From the NCBI GenBank assembly GCA_028826165.1, contig JAPDFW010000058.1, positions 515,175 through 579,174 on the forward strand: a stretch of 64,000 nt of DNA. Reading direction: 5' to 3'. The position numbers were made by a program, and so were the translations under genes. This stretch comes from Anaeramoeba ignava BMAN. Taxonomy: Eukaryota; Protista; Anaeramoebae. Positions within the stretch are counted from its first letter, which is position 1. Every line of letters starts with the position of its first letter. The notes beneath the pieces were generated by a model. It saw only the letters and a program-made list of their open reading frames with translations, searched no databases and was not told where the DNA came from. Positions 1-16,400 of this stretch are shown one piece after another.

Positions 1-233
1 TGAAAATTCGGTTACTTTGTGGAGAGAAAAAAATGATGGAAATTGGTATTGCTTTTCTGATTTATCCAATCAAAATTAATTCCTTAATATCAGTGAAAAA
101 TAATTTTCTTTCTTTCTTCCTTCTTTCTTTCTTTTTTTCTTTCTTTTTTTTAGAATTAAAAATAAAATCAATTTTACAATATTTTTACATTTTTCATTTT
201 TTTTTTTGCCAATCCAAAAAAATTTATTTAAAA

Positions 234-2188
234 ATGCAAACTTATTCAAATTTAGAAAAACTTTCAAATGATTTAAAAAATTTATTTCAAAATCAAAATG
301 GAAATGAAAAGAAGAAGAAAGTTATTTTGATTTTGAAATAATTTGTGAACAAAATCAAACTTCATTTAAAACTCATAAATCAATTCTTTCTTCAAGAAGT
401 CAATATTTTAAATCTCTTTTTAATTCAAAAATGAAAGAATATCAAGAAAATAAATTGATTCTTCAAGATGTTTCAAGTTCAATTCTATTTCCAATTTTGA
501 ATTATTTTTATTCAGGAAAAATTGAATTTAATTTAGAAAATGCAATTCAAATTTTATTTTTTTCATCAAAATATTTAATTGATGAATTAATTGAAATTTC
601 TTCTAATTTTATCAAAAACAATTTCAGATTTGAAACTGTTGTTGATGTTCTTAAATTATCTGAATCAATGAACTTCAATCAATTATTAGATTCTTCTTAT
701 CAATTTATTTTTGAAAATTTTCAAGAATTTATCAAAACTTCATTTTTTCTTGAACTTGAAGAAAATCATTTAAATTCATTATTATTAAATAATGAAATTC
801 CAATAAATGAATTTGAAAAATTTCAATCAATAATAAAATGGGGAAAACATAAATTAAATATTAATCAAGAAAAAAAAGAAAAAGAAAAATTACAAATCCA
901 AATTTCAAATCTTATTCATAAAATCAAATTTGATGAGTTCTCAAAAGAAGAAATTGAATATTCTTTGAAAGAAGAATTAATTCCAAATCATCTTTCACAA
1001 AAATTAATTCAATTCCAACAATTTCAATATGAACAAGAACATGAAAAGAAGTTGAATGAATTTAAACAAGACCCAAATCAATATCCAAATCAAAATCAAT
1101 ATCCAAATCAATATCAATATCAAAATCAATATCAAAATGAATATCAAAATCCAAATCCAAATAAAAATCAATATCCAAATCAATATCAAAATGAATATCA
1201 AAATGAATATCAAAATCAAAATCAATATCCAAATCAATATCAAAATGAATATCAAGATCCAAATCCAAATCAAAATGAATATCAAAATCAAAATCAAAAT
1301 CAAAATCAATATCAAAATCAATATCAAGATCCAAATCCAAATCAAAATGAAAATGAATATCAAAATCAATATCAAAATCAAAATGAATATGAAAATCAAA
1401 ATCCAAATTCAAATCAAAAACCAAATCAATATCAAAATCCAAATCAATATCAAAATCAAGATCCAAATCCAAATCAATATCAAAATCAAATTCAAAATCA
1501 ATATCAAAATCAAGATCCAAATCAAGATCCATATCAATATCAATATCAAAATCAAAATCAAAATCAAAATCAATTAATTTTACATCAAAGTTCTGAATTT
1601 GATTCAATTATTCATGAAGAAGATTATTATCAAAGATTAAAAGAATGGATAAATGATGATAAATTCTTTTACAAAATGAAATTGGGATTTTCAGCAAAAA
1701 GAAACGGATTTGATTCTCAAAATTGGCATAATATTTGTGATAATAAAGGAAAAACATTAATTATTATCAAAACAAAAGATAATTTTATTTTTGGAGGTTT
1801 TACTAAAGTTGGGTTTATAAGTAATAAATCAAAATGGAGAAAGAAAGATAGAAAGAAAAATAAAGGTTTTATTAAAGATCCAAACGCCTTTATTTTCTCT
1901 TTAAGAAATGATATTAATGATAGAAATCCTGAGAGATTTACAATTAAAAAAGGAAAGGAACAATTTGCTATTCTGTATTCAGTGTTTCAAGGTCCAATTT
2001 TTGGTGGAGATGATAATTTTCTTCAAGATTTTTTGTTAAAGAATAATTTCCAACCTGGTTTTTCAAATTTTGGTTCTACTTATAATCTCCCTCAAGGAAT
2101 TAAATATGAGACATATCAAGCTCAAAGTTACTTAGCTGGTTCTTATGATTCATGGATTGTTGATGAACTTGAGACTTATTTCATTTAA
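234..2188 (+). CDS. BTB/POZ-BACK-TLDc protein with NQY low-complexity linker; one frameshift near 306-312
   Basis: ATG 234 (MQTYSNLEKLSNDL). Restoring one A in 'gaaaagaag' gives EEESYFDFEIICEQNQTSFKTHKSILSSRSQYF (BTB start), joining ORF 431..2188. C-terminal TLDc motifs GFSAKRNGF, CDNKGKTLIIIKT, IFGGFT, GPIFG, VDELETYF. N-terminus resembles the paralog at 41664..43130. Confidence 0.85.
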
Positions 2189-2536
2189 TTTCATTTTTTT
2201 TTCATTTAATTTCATTTTTTTTTCAAAATTCAATTCAATTTTCATTTACTTTCAATCAAATTAAATTCTTCAAATTAATAAATAGGAAACAAATCCAATT
2301 TTAAAACAATTTAATTTAAATTAAAATCATTATTAAAAATTTCAAAAACAATTATCAAAACAAAAATAAAAATTGAAAATAGAAATTAATAATAATTAAA
2401 TTTAAATTATTTCTTATTAGATGAATAATAAACAAATTGAAATTAATTAATTACTCAATATTATTAAAATTCCATTTTTATCTTTATTAAAATATTTCAA
2501 TTATTTAATTAATTTTATATAATTTTTTAAAATAAG

Positions 2537-2920
2537 TTTAATTTAATATTTAATTTATAAATTGATTTAAAAATATAATTTAATATTTAATTTTATTATT
2601 AAAATATTAATTTATTGTTTTAGATTTAAATATTTTATTATTTAAATGTTTAACATATAAATATAAAAAAATAAGAATAGATTTAATTTAATATTCAATT
2701 TATAAATTGATTTAAAAATATAATTTAATATTTAATTTTATTATTAAAATATTAATTTAATGCTTTAGATTTAAATATTTTATTATTTAAATATTTAACA
2801 TATAAATATAAAAAATGGGAATAGGTTTAATTTAATATTTAATTTGTAAATTAATTTAAAAATATAATTTAATATTTAATTTTATTATTAAAATAATAAT
2901 TTATTATTTAATTTAAATAT
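2537..2920. repeat. ~145-bp AT-rich tandem repeat, ~2.7 copies
   Basis: 'tttaatttaatattYaatttRtaaatt...' recurs at ~2537, ~2682, ~2826. Confidence 0.75.
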
Positions 2921-3358
2921 TTTTTAAAAATATTTTTAGAAAAATTGATTTTTTTTAATTTATAAAATTTTATCTTTTTTAAATTAAATTAATTTAATGT
3001 TTTAATTTAAAATATTTTATTTAAAAATATTTTGAAAATTGATTTTTGAAATTAAAATTTTATCTTTTTTTAAATTCAAAAATTATTAAATTTAAAAATT
3101 AAATTAAAATAGTTTTCCATTTTTTTAAAAAATTAAATTAAAAAATTAATAAAAATAATAATAATTTATTAATAAATTAATTTAAAATAATAAATTAAAA
3201 AGAAAATTAAATTAATTATTAATTTAAATTTATTCTTATTTTTTATATTTTTATTTATTTTCAAAATCCACTTTTTTTATTTATTTTTTTTTTTAATTTT
3301 TTTTTCATTTTTCCTTTTTAAAACAAAAACAAAAACAAAAAACAAAAACAAAAACAAA

Positions 3359-5387
3359 ATGGATAATAATAATAATAACCAAATTGAAAATGCAAATCAA
3401 AATCAAAATGAAAATGAAATGAAAAATTTAGAAAAAAAAGTAACAAAAAATTTAATTGAAGATTATTCAAACCTTTTAAATGGAAATTCATTTAAAGATT
3501 TTTCAATTTTTGTTGAGAATAAATCAAATCCTTTTGAAATTAAAGTTCATAAATCAATTTTATCTTCAAGATCTCCTTTTTTTAATGAATCATTAAGGCA
3601 AGAATCTCTTTCTATTTTTTTAAATCAATTTAATAAAAAAGAAATGGAATCAATTTTGAGTTATATTTATTATGGAAATATTTCTTTTGAGAATCAAGAA
3701 AATCTTATCCAATTATTGGAAATTTCAATTTATTTTAAATTAAATTTATTGAAAGAAATTATTCAAAAAAAAATTTTAAATTCAATTAATTATTCAAATT
3801 TTTTCCAATTTTTATTCCAAAATCGAAATTTAAATTCAAATGAAATTGAAATAAAATGTTTTGAATTAATAAATCAAAATTTTTCCCAAATTCAAAATAA
3901 TGAAAATTTATTCAATTTAACTAAAGAAGAAATTATCAAATTTATTCAATTTAAACAAGAAAAAAAAGAAATTTTTCAATTTGATTTTTTTCAATTTTTA
4001 AATAATTGGATTAAAAAAAGAAATGAAAGATTAAAAGGAAAGAAATATGAACACAAGATGAATGCAAAGAAAAGATTATTTCATTCTTTTTTTTCATTAT
4101 TTGATAAATATTCAATTTCAAAACAAGATTTTGATAAATTAAAACAATTTGAAATTTTTCCCAAATCTTTTTTAGTTGATATTCAAAACAAAATTATACA
4201 AGACAATCAAAAACAAGAAAAGAAATTAAAATTGAAAAGAAAGGAAATTCGACTTAAGAATCACGAAATTAAAGATAAAATCAAAGAAGTTGAGAAAATG
4301 AAAAAGGAAATTGAGGATAAATGGAAGAAAGAAGTTGAGAAAATGAAACCAACCTTTGATAAATATGGAGAACAATATCAAAAAGATTTGGAATATAAAA
4401 GAAAGACAAATAAAAGAAATTAAAAAGAATTTTCCCCAATTTGAAGATTCAGAAATTGTTAAAGACATTGAATATGTTAAGAAATTACAAGAATGGATAA
4501 ATGATAATGATTTTTTTTCTAAAATGAAAAAAGGATTTTCAGCAAAAAGAGATGGATTTAATTCTCAAAATTGGCATAAAGCAGTTGATAATAAAGGAAA
4601 AACATTAGTTATTATCAAAACAAAAGATAATTTTATTTTTGGAGGTTTTACTCAAGTTGGATGGACAAATGATAAATCAAAATGGAATGAAGAAGATAGA
4701 AATGATGATTTTGGAGATATTATTGATCCAAATGTTTTCCTTTTTTCATTAAGAAATGATAAAGGAGATAGAAAACCTGAGAAGTTTACAATTAAAAAAG
4801 GAAAAGAAAAATTTGCCATTTATTATGAATCAGAATTTGGTCCAAGTTTTGGAAGTAATTCTGAAAATATTATTATAATTAAAATTAAAATTAATAAATA
4901 ATCCAAAATATTAATATAATAAATAATATTATTATTTCAATTTAAAATAAAATTAAATTTAAATTAAATTATTATTAATTATTATTAAAATTAATTATTT
5001 ATTTTTATTAAAATAGATGGTAAATAATTTTTATTTAATAAATATTTATTATTATAATTAAAATTAAAATTAAAATTAAAATTAAATTAAATTAATAAAT
5101 AATCCAAAATATTAATATAATAAATAATATTATTATTTCAATTTAAAATAAAATTAAATTTAAATTAAATTATTATTAATTATTATTAAAATTAATTATT
5201 TATTTTTATTAAAATGTTTATAGGTGATTGTGGTTTAAATTCTAAATTACAACCTGGTGAATCAAATTTTGGTTCTACTTATAATCTGCCTAATGGAATT
5301 ACTTATCAATCAAATGAAGCTAGAAGTTATTTAGCTGGTTCTTATCAATCATGGGTTGTTGATGAACTTGAGACTTATTTCATTTAA
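3359..5387 (+). CDS. BTB/POZ + coiled coil + TLDc protein; frameshift near 4397-4400; intron 4855..5223
   Basis: BTB motif DFSIFV...IKVHKSILSSRSPFF. An extra A in 'tataaaagaaag' links ORFs 3359 and 4356. The GT-AG intron 4855-5223 joins GPSFGS to DCGLNSKLQPGESNFGSTY...VDELETYFI*, matching the C-terminus of the upstream paralog. Confidence 0.85.
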
Positions 5388-5699
5388 TTTCATTTTTTTT
5401 CATTTTTTTTTCATTTTTTTTTTCAAAATTCAATTCAATTTTCATTTACTTTCAATCAAATTAAATTCTTCAAATTAATAAATAAGAAACAAATCCAATT
5501 TTAAAACAATTTAATTTAAATTAAAATCATTATTAAAAATTTCAAAAACAATTATCAAAACAAAAATAAAAATTGAAAATAGAAATTAATAATAATTAAA
5601 TTTAAATTATTTCTTATTAGATGAATAATAAATAAATTGAAATTAATTAATTACTCAATATTATTAAAATTCCATTTTTATCTTTATTAAAATATTTCA

Positions 5700-7150
5700 A
5701 TTATTTTATTAATTTTTTTATAATTTTTTAAAATAAGTTTATATTATTTTGAATAATAAAAAGTTAATTAAATTAATATTTAATATTGAATTTGAAATTT
5801 ATTTATTTAATATTATTGATTTAAATTTTGAAATAAAATTAATTAAAATATTTTATTAATTTTTATAATTTTTAAAATAAGTTTATATTATTTTAAATAA
5901 TAAAAAGTTAATTAATTTAATATTTAATATTGAATTTGAAATTGATTTATTTAATAATATTGATTTAAATTTTAAAATAAATTAATTAAAATATTTAATA
6001 AATTTTTATAATTTTTAGAATAAATTTATATTATTTTTGAATAATAAAAAGTTAATTAACTTAATATTTTAGATGAATTTGAAATTTATTTATTTAATAA
6101 TATTGATTTAAATTTTAAAATAAAATTAATTAAAATATTTAATAATTTTTATAATTTTTAAAATAGATTTATATTATTTTAAATAATAAAAAGTTAATTA
6201 ACTTAATATTTTAAATGAATTTGAAATTTATTTATTTAATAATATTGATTTTAAATTTTAAAATAAATTAATTAAAATATTTAATAAATTTTTTATAATT
6301 TTTTAGAATAAGTTTATATTATTTTGAATAATAAAAAGTTAATTAATTTAATATTTAATATGAATTTGAAATTGATTTATTTAATATTATTGATTTAAAT
6401 TTTAAAATAAATTAATAAAATATTTTTATAAATTTTTTATAATTTTTTAAAATAAGTTTATATTATTTTGAATAATAAAAAGTTAATTAATTTAATATTT
6501 AATAATGAATTTGAAATTGATTTATTTAATAATATTGATTTAAATTTTAAAAATAAATTAATAAAATGTTTTTATCAAATTTTTATAATTTTTAGAATAA
6601 GTTTATATTATTTTGAATAATAAAAAGTTAATTAATTTAATATTTTAAATGAATTTGAAATTGATTTATTTAATATTATTGGTTTAAATTTTGAAATAAA
6701 ATTAATAAAATATTTTTATTAATTTTTTTATAATTTTTTAGAATAAGTTTATATTATTTTGAATAATAAAAAGTTAATTAACTTAATATTTTAAATGAAT
6801 TTGAAATTGATTTATTTAATATTATTGATTTAAATTTTAAAATAAATTAATTAAAATATTTTATTAATTTTTTATAATTTTTTAAAATAAGTTTATATTA
6901 TTTTAAATAATAAAAAGTTAATTAACTTATATTTTAGATGAATTTGAAATTTATTTATTTAATAATATTGATTTAAATTTTGAAATAAAATTAATTAAAA
7001 TATTTAATAAATTTTTTATAATTTTTTAAAATAAGTTTATATTATTTTGAATAATAAAAAGTTAATTAATTTAATATTTTAGATGAATTTGAAATTTATT
7101 TAATAATATTGATTTAAATTTTTAAATAAAATTAATTAAAATATATTTTA
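5700..7150. repeat. ~144-bp minisatellite, ~10 copies
   Basis: 'tttatattatttt..ataataaaaagttaattaa' recurs at ~5737, 5881, 6025, 6168, 6312, 6456, 6601, 6747, 6891, 7034. Confidence 0.9.
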
Positions 7151-7193
7151 TTAATTTTTTTAATTTTTTTTATTCATTTTTTCTTTTTGCTTA

Positions 7194-10100
7194 ATGATTG
7201 CTTTAAATTTATTTTCAACACTTTTTGATGCAATAGATCAAGTTCCTCCATTCATTCCTCCACAAAAAAAAAACGAAAAAAATAATTTAACAGATAAAAA
7301 CAAAATAATGAATAAACCAAAACAAGAAAAAGAGAAAAACCAAATTAAAAAAAAAGTTCAAAAAGCTTCTATTTATAGCCCAAACCAAAATGAATCAAGA
7401 AAATTTTTATATCCTTCCAGTCTTTTTCATGTGGACGGTAAACCAATGAAAAATACCTGCCTTATTGGCTATTCAACAACTGGGAAATTATTAATTTCAA
7501 GAGACTGTGAAAATGTTAGTTAATTTTTAACTTAAAATTCAAAATTAAAAATTAAAATTTTAAAAATTAAAATTTAAAAAGGATGGAAAATTAGTAACTT
7601 ATATCGATCTTTTGGCGTTTAATCCATTAAAAAGAACGAATATTTATCAACATTCTACAATAATAACATGTGTTTCAGCTTCTCTTAATCATGATGAAAC
7701 TTTGCTTCGTAAATTTATAAATTATAATTAAATTCTTGCTCAAAAGAAAAAAATCTCATTTTGTTTTTTTATAAACAGTTTTAACAGAATTAATTCATAG
7801 AAAAAAACATTCGCAAAATGGAAATCAACTAAAAACAGAAACGGAAGGTATTAGATATAAAAATAGATATAAAAATAAAAAGATAAAAATTAAGTTTTGC
7901 TTAAATCAATATTATAATTAGATACTTATCAACTTCATGTGGTTTTTCTTGGCGAAAATCCTAAATCACAAAAAATTTTACAAGAAAATTCTCTTTTTCA
8001 ACTTGGAGTGGTAAATTTTATTTGGGAAAAAAAAAGTGGAACAAAATTTTTGCTTTTTTTTTTTTAAAAAATAATTAGTTTTTACCGAATAATTATGGTA
8101 AAAGTTACGATACATTCCTTTTTCTTGTTGATAGAGAATCAGTTCGGAAATATCGAATAAATTTTAAAAAGAAAAACAATATAGTATTTTAAAAAAGAAA
8201 TTTTGAATTAAAAAAAAAATAATTATTTTTTAAAACAAACAAAACAAAAAACAGAAAACTTTTACTAAAATTAATCCAAAAGAATTTCTTTGTAAAGAAT
8301 TCATTTGGTATGAATTAAATCCTGTTAGAAGACATTTACTTCTTATTCGAAAAAAGGGGAATTTTTATGAGCTTATTGTTTGGGATTTTCAAATCAAATC
8401 ATCCAAACCACAAATGAATTGGTTTTTGGATATTCCATTTATTTATCAAGATGAAAGGAAAATACCTTTTAAATATGATCATAGTTTATTTACAACTGGG
8501 TTTACTTCTCCAAATATTTATACAAATTTCGAAATTACATTTGTATCGAATGTATAATTTGATTTGAATTCAAAATTTAAAATGAAAAACATATTAATAA
8601 TATTAATAATATTTTCTTCTTAAAAGAGAATCACATGCTTGTGCTTTCAATCACTTCCTGAAAATTTAACAGAAGATTCTGAAAAAATCATTCATGTTAC
8701 AATTTGGATTTTAGAAAGAAATGAACGATTATCACTCGAAATTCCACTTCATGGATTATCAAAAGAATTTATTGAAAAAACAGTTGTTTTTTTTGGAGCT
8801 TTGGATGAAATGCTATTAATTTATATTCCTGGAATTTATATGAATTTTTTGGATTGTTCTTGGATGCATGACACATCAGATTCATTATTACTTACAAGTT
8901 TGTGTGAAAAAAAAGCAAAAAAAAAAAAATTCCCTAAAAATAAAAAAATTTTTTTCTTCTTTCTTCTTCTTAAAAAAAAAATATCAAAAGATCAAGAATA
9001 TCCAAATTTTATTGGAAAAAGTATCTTTTCAGAAGAAAATTCACCAGCAAATATTTCAAGAATTTTTGCAGATATCCATTTTAGATTTTCATCAAAAAAA
9101 ACTGAGTTGTTAGAAAGGTTGATGATTGACAATAAAACTTTATCAATTTTTTCATATAAATTTGATCAAAATGGGTTGATCAAAATTTTGAAATATTCTC
9201 AAAATGAAATTGTTCACACACAAGTTTTGCATATTGCCTTTTTTCATGTTTTAGAGGATCAGTTTTATGATACTGTTTTAAGTTATTTATGTCAACAATC
9301 ACCTCAATCAATTACTTCTTCTTTTATTCAAGAATATATTATTGGTTCAACTTATTATTCTTTTCTGAGAAGAGGTTTTAAACAAGAACATGAAAACACC
9401 CGAAAATATTTATTGAGCATTATTCCTCTATCAACAATTTTAACATATAAACAAATTGTATGAATTTTTTTTTTTAAAAGCAAAATTTGAATGAAGTTTA
9501 AAAAATTTTCAAAAAAATTTTCCAAAAAAATTAAGGAAGATCAAAAAAAAGATCCAGAAAATCTATCAATTCCATTGGATTATAAACCAAATTTCTTTAA
9601 TTATTCCTCGGTTTCGCAAACATCCAAAAGAATAGAAAGACTTACTTATCAAAAATTACATAAAAATGCAAGTCAATTTCTTTCTCAAGATAAAAAGCCA
9701 ATATTCAATTCAAAAGAACAAGAACAACAAGCAGAACAAAAGCAGTCACAAAAATTCCCAACAGAATATCAACAACAAACACAACAAAATGAAGAAATCA
9801 AGCAAAAGGAAAATTTTGGTTATGATGAAAAATATTCAGAAGAACTTTTACTTCAAATTGTTTCTGCACATCTTAGTCATTTTGTGCAGATGCCTGTTGT
9901 ATTATTGCAATTAACTGATTTCTATTTAAAAATTCAATCTCAAGAAATTGAGAAATTATTTATTAAATTATCTGATTTAGTAAAAATGAAATTTCCAAAA
10001 AATCATAATGATTTTGGAATGGAAATGATCATTTCAAATTTGGATTGTTTTGAACTTTTCCAAAAATATTTAAATGAAAATCAAAATCAAAATTTAAATC

Positions 10101-10988
10101 AAAATGAAATGAAAAATTTGTTTGTAAATTTTAAATATGAAATTGGAAAAAAAAGAAGAGAAGCTTTTCAAGTTTTCCAAGAATTTTATTCTGCGATTGA
10201 AGGATTTCCTGTTCCATTTCCAAAAGATTTTCATTTTCATTATTGTAGATTAGCTTTATACTTGTTTATCTGAAGAGTAATTTTATTTAAAATTCAATTA
10301 AAATTTAAAATTTTAATTTAAATTTAAATTATAATAAAAAAAAAGAATATTTATTCAATATCTTGATTCACAAATCATTCAAATTGATTATGATTTTGTA
10401 CAACAAATTCTATCTAAACTTGGTGAAACAAAAAGAGAAATTGGTTTAAGAAATCGACTCATTTCTCATATTTTTAATTTTGAATCTTTTATAAAAATTG
10501 TAAAAAAATATCCAGAAAATGAAAGATATGTTATTGAATATTTTTCAAATGAAATTTCTAAAAAATTTTCAAATTTAATTCAATCAGAAAATTTGACTGA
10601 AACTTCAGATTTTCAAAAATCAAATGAAAATCAAAATCAAAATCAAAATCAAAATCAAAAATCAAATGAAAATTTAAAATCAAATGAAAATTTAAATCAA
10701 AATCAAAATCAAAATCAAAATCAAAATCAAAATCAAAATCAAAATCAAAATCAAAATCAAATTCAAAATCAAAATTTAAATCAAAAATCAAATCAAAATC
10801 AAAATCAAAATCAAAATCAAAATCAAATTCAATTTCAAAATCAAAATCAATTCTTCGTTCTTTCACTTGTTTTAGATAATTTAAAAGAAATTATTAAAAA
10901 AGAAGAAAATCTAAAAATTAAAGAAATTAATTCAATTAATTTTATTATTCAAAACGCAGAAAAAACTTTTTCAAATGAAAAGATTTAA
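7194..10988 (+). CDS. GSAP: Gamma-secretase-activating protein (GSAP/pigeon)-like, ~10 exons; probable 1-nt frameshift near 10255
   Basis: Spliced translation gives IYQHSTIITCVSASLNHDETLL (cf. GSAP LYTFEKDLQVFSCSVNSERTLL), LCKEFIWYELNPVRRHL (cf. IAEDFVWAQWD), and FPVPFPKDFH..CRLAYTCL (cf. LPPGFH..LGVQCL). GT-AG introns include 7515-7581, 7709-7778, 7848-7921, 8552-8626 and the in-frame 8898-8990. Start could be 7194 or 7308. Confidence 0.7.
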
Positions 10989-11128
10989 AAATTTATTATT
11001 ATTTTTATTATAATTTTTTTTTTAATTAATAAACAAAAAAACATTTTTTTCATTTTTTTCATTTTTTTCATTTTTTTCATTTATTTTTGTTTTTCTTTTT
11101 TAATTTTTAATTTTTAAATTTTTTTTAA

Positions 11129-13316
<2,188 letters not shown>

Positions 13317-13469
13317 AAAAATAAAAACAAAATAAAAACAACAAAATAAATAAAACAAATTATTCAAAAATCTATTTTCTTTCGAATATTGATGATTTAT
13401 TATTGTATAGGAAATAATTAAGGAAGATAATTTTAATTTTAATTTTAATTTTAATTTTAATTTTTAATT

Positions 13470-16400
13470 TTAATTTTGAATTTTAATTTTAATTTTTAAT
13501 TTTTCTTTTTCTTTTTCTTTTTCATTTGAATTAGAATTTGAATTTGAATTAGATTGTGAATTTTGTTTCTGTTTTGTTTTCTTAATAGATTCTTTATTAT
13601 CATCATTTTCAATAATAATTTCTTCATCTTCTTTTCTTTTTAAATTTCTTGAATTTTTTGAATTTTTTGAATTTTTTGAATTTTTTGAATTTGCTCTTGA
13701 TTTTGGACCCCAATTCTTTTCTGGATTAGGAAAAAAAGTTTTAACTTTATATTTAGCTTTTTCAACAATTGTAAAATCTGCTTTTAAAACAGGTTCTTTT
13801 GATAATAATTGAAAAGCAATTGAACTGACATCCAACTGATGAAATTTTTGATCGAAATCCTTTTGCTTTCGAGCCCAACATCTCCAAATGTCCCATATAA
13901 CATTCATCGGGGCATTTGTCTTAATAACATTTGGAGCGCAATGGGAACCTGAAACATTGAATCCTGCGTTAATAATTGCGGATTTAATATCAATCAACGA
14001 AGGAGTTGGAAATTTTAAAGTTTTAGAAATTTCTCCAATATCATGATAAAGAGGAGCATCAACGAGCTCATCAGATAAAGCATCAAGAATGCCTGTGATT
14101 CTTTTCTCTGTGTGGAATCTGTTCTTGTTTTGTGGGAGATTAAGGATGGTTTTTAATTTTTGGATAAATTGAGTATTATGAATTGGAGCATTCCAAATTG
14201 GACCTCCAATTTGATATCTATTAACAGGAACAAATATTTGTTTATTGGATTCTTTTGACTCAGTTTCTCCGTCTTTTGTTGGGACTTGTTTTTCTTGTTT
14301 TTCTTCTTTTTCTTTATAAACCATTTCAGGATATGTAATTTCATCATATGGAAGTATTCCAAATGCTTCTTTTGATTTTTGTTTTGTGAGAACGGGAGAA
14401 AGAAAAAAGCTTGGAATTCGTGTTGATTGGAAAATATAGGAGAGTTTTGTAACAGCCTCTTTTGCTTTATTTGGTCCTGAAAAGACACGAAAGAACAATC
14501 TTATATAAAAATCAACGCTTATTGAAATTAATGGTTCAATGTATTTCTTTTGATGAGATGCTGTTTTAGATATGTAGGATAATACAATTCGCAGTGCGTT
14601 TTCATGGCAATATTTCTTCCGCAATGGTAAGCTGTCGTATTTGTTGTATGCCGTGCTGGGATTTTTTCCTGATAGTACAATCATGTCTGTGCATGTTACG
14701 CACATTAATCCTCCGTCTTTGATTGATTTAATTGAGGAACTTATAAAATCAGATGCTGATCCATATGGATCAAGATCAATAACATCAAAAAGTTCCTTTT
14801 TTTGTGCTTTTTCTTCCATTAATAATCTTAATTTTCAAATCAATATAAAATTATTAAAAATATTAAAATATTAAAATATTTAAATATTAAAATATTAAAA
14901 TATTAATTATAAAAATATTAAAATATTAATTATAAAAATATTAAAATATTAAAATATTAAAATATTAAAATATTAAAATATTAAATTATTAAAATATTAA
15001 AATATAAAATATAAAAATACTAAATATTAAATTATTAAAATATAAAATATTAAATTATTAAATATTAAATTATTAAATTATTAAAATATTAAATTATTAA
15101 ATTATTAAAATATTAAAATATTAAAATATTAAAATATTAAAATATTAAATTATTAAAATATTAAAATATTAAAATATTAAAATATTAAAAATATTAAAAT
15201 ATTAAAAATATTAAAATATTAAAATATTAAAATATAAAAATATTAAAATATTAAAAATATTAAAATATTAAAAATATTAAAATATTAAAAATATTAAAAA
15301 TATTAAAAATATTAAATTATTAAAAATATTAAAATATTAAATTATTAAAAATTATTAAAAAAATAAAAAAAAAAAAATATTAAAAATATTAAAAATATTA
15401 AAATAATAAAAAATATTAAAAAATATTAAAATATAAAAATATTAAAATATTAAAATAATAAAATATAAAATTATTTAAATATTAAAATATTAAATATTAA
15501 ATTATTAAAAATATTAAAAATATTAAAATATTAAAAATATTAAAATATTAAAATATTAAAATATTAAAATATTAAAATATTAAAATATTAAAAATATTAA
15601 AATATTAAAATATTAAAAATATTAAAATATTAAAATATTAAATTATTAAAATATTAAAATATTAAAAATATTAAAATATCCAAATATTAAATTATTAAAA
15701 TATTAAATTATTAAAATATTAAAATATTAAAATATAAAAATTATTAAAATATTAAAATATTTAAATATTAAAAATATTAAAAATATTAAAATATAAAAAT
15801 ATTAAAAATATTAAAATATTAAAAATATTAAAATATTAAAATATTAAAATATTAAAAATATTAAATTAAAAATATAAAATATATAAAAAATATTAAAATA
15901 TTAAAATATAAAATATTAAATTATTAAAATTATTAAAATATTAAAATATTAAAATATAAAATATTAAAATATTAAAATATTAAAATATAAAAATATTAAA
16001 AATATAAAAATATTAAAATATAAAAATATTAAAATATTAAAATATTAAAATATATAAAAATATTAAAATATTAATTATTAAAATATTAAATTATTAAAAT
16101 ATTAAAATATTAATTATTAAAATATTAAATTATTAAAATATTAAAATATTAAATTATTAAAATATTAAAATATTAAAATATTAAAATATTAAAATTAAAA
16201 TATTAAATTATATAAAAATATTAAAATATTAAAATATTAATTATAAAAATATAAAAATATTAAAATATTAAAATATTAAAATATTAAAATATTAAATTAT
16301 TAAATTATTAAAATATTAAAATATTAAATAATAAAAATACATTGCATCTTTGTGTGAAGGAATAATCTCTGTGTCTGAGTTAATATTATTATCTTTCACA

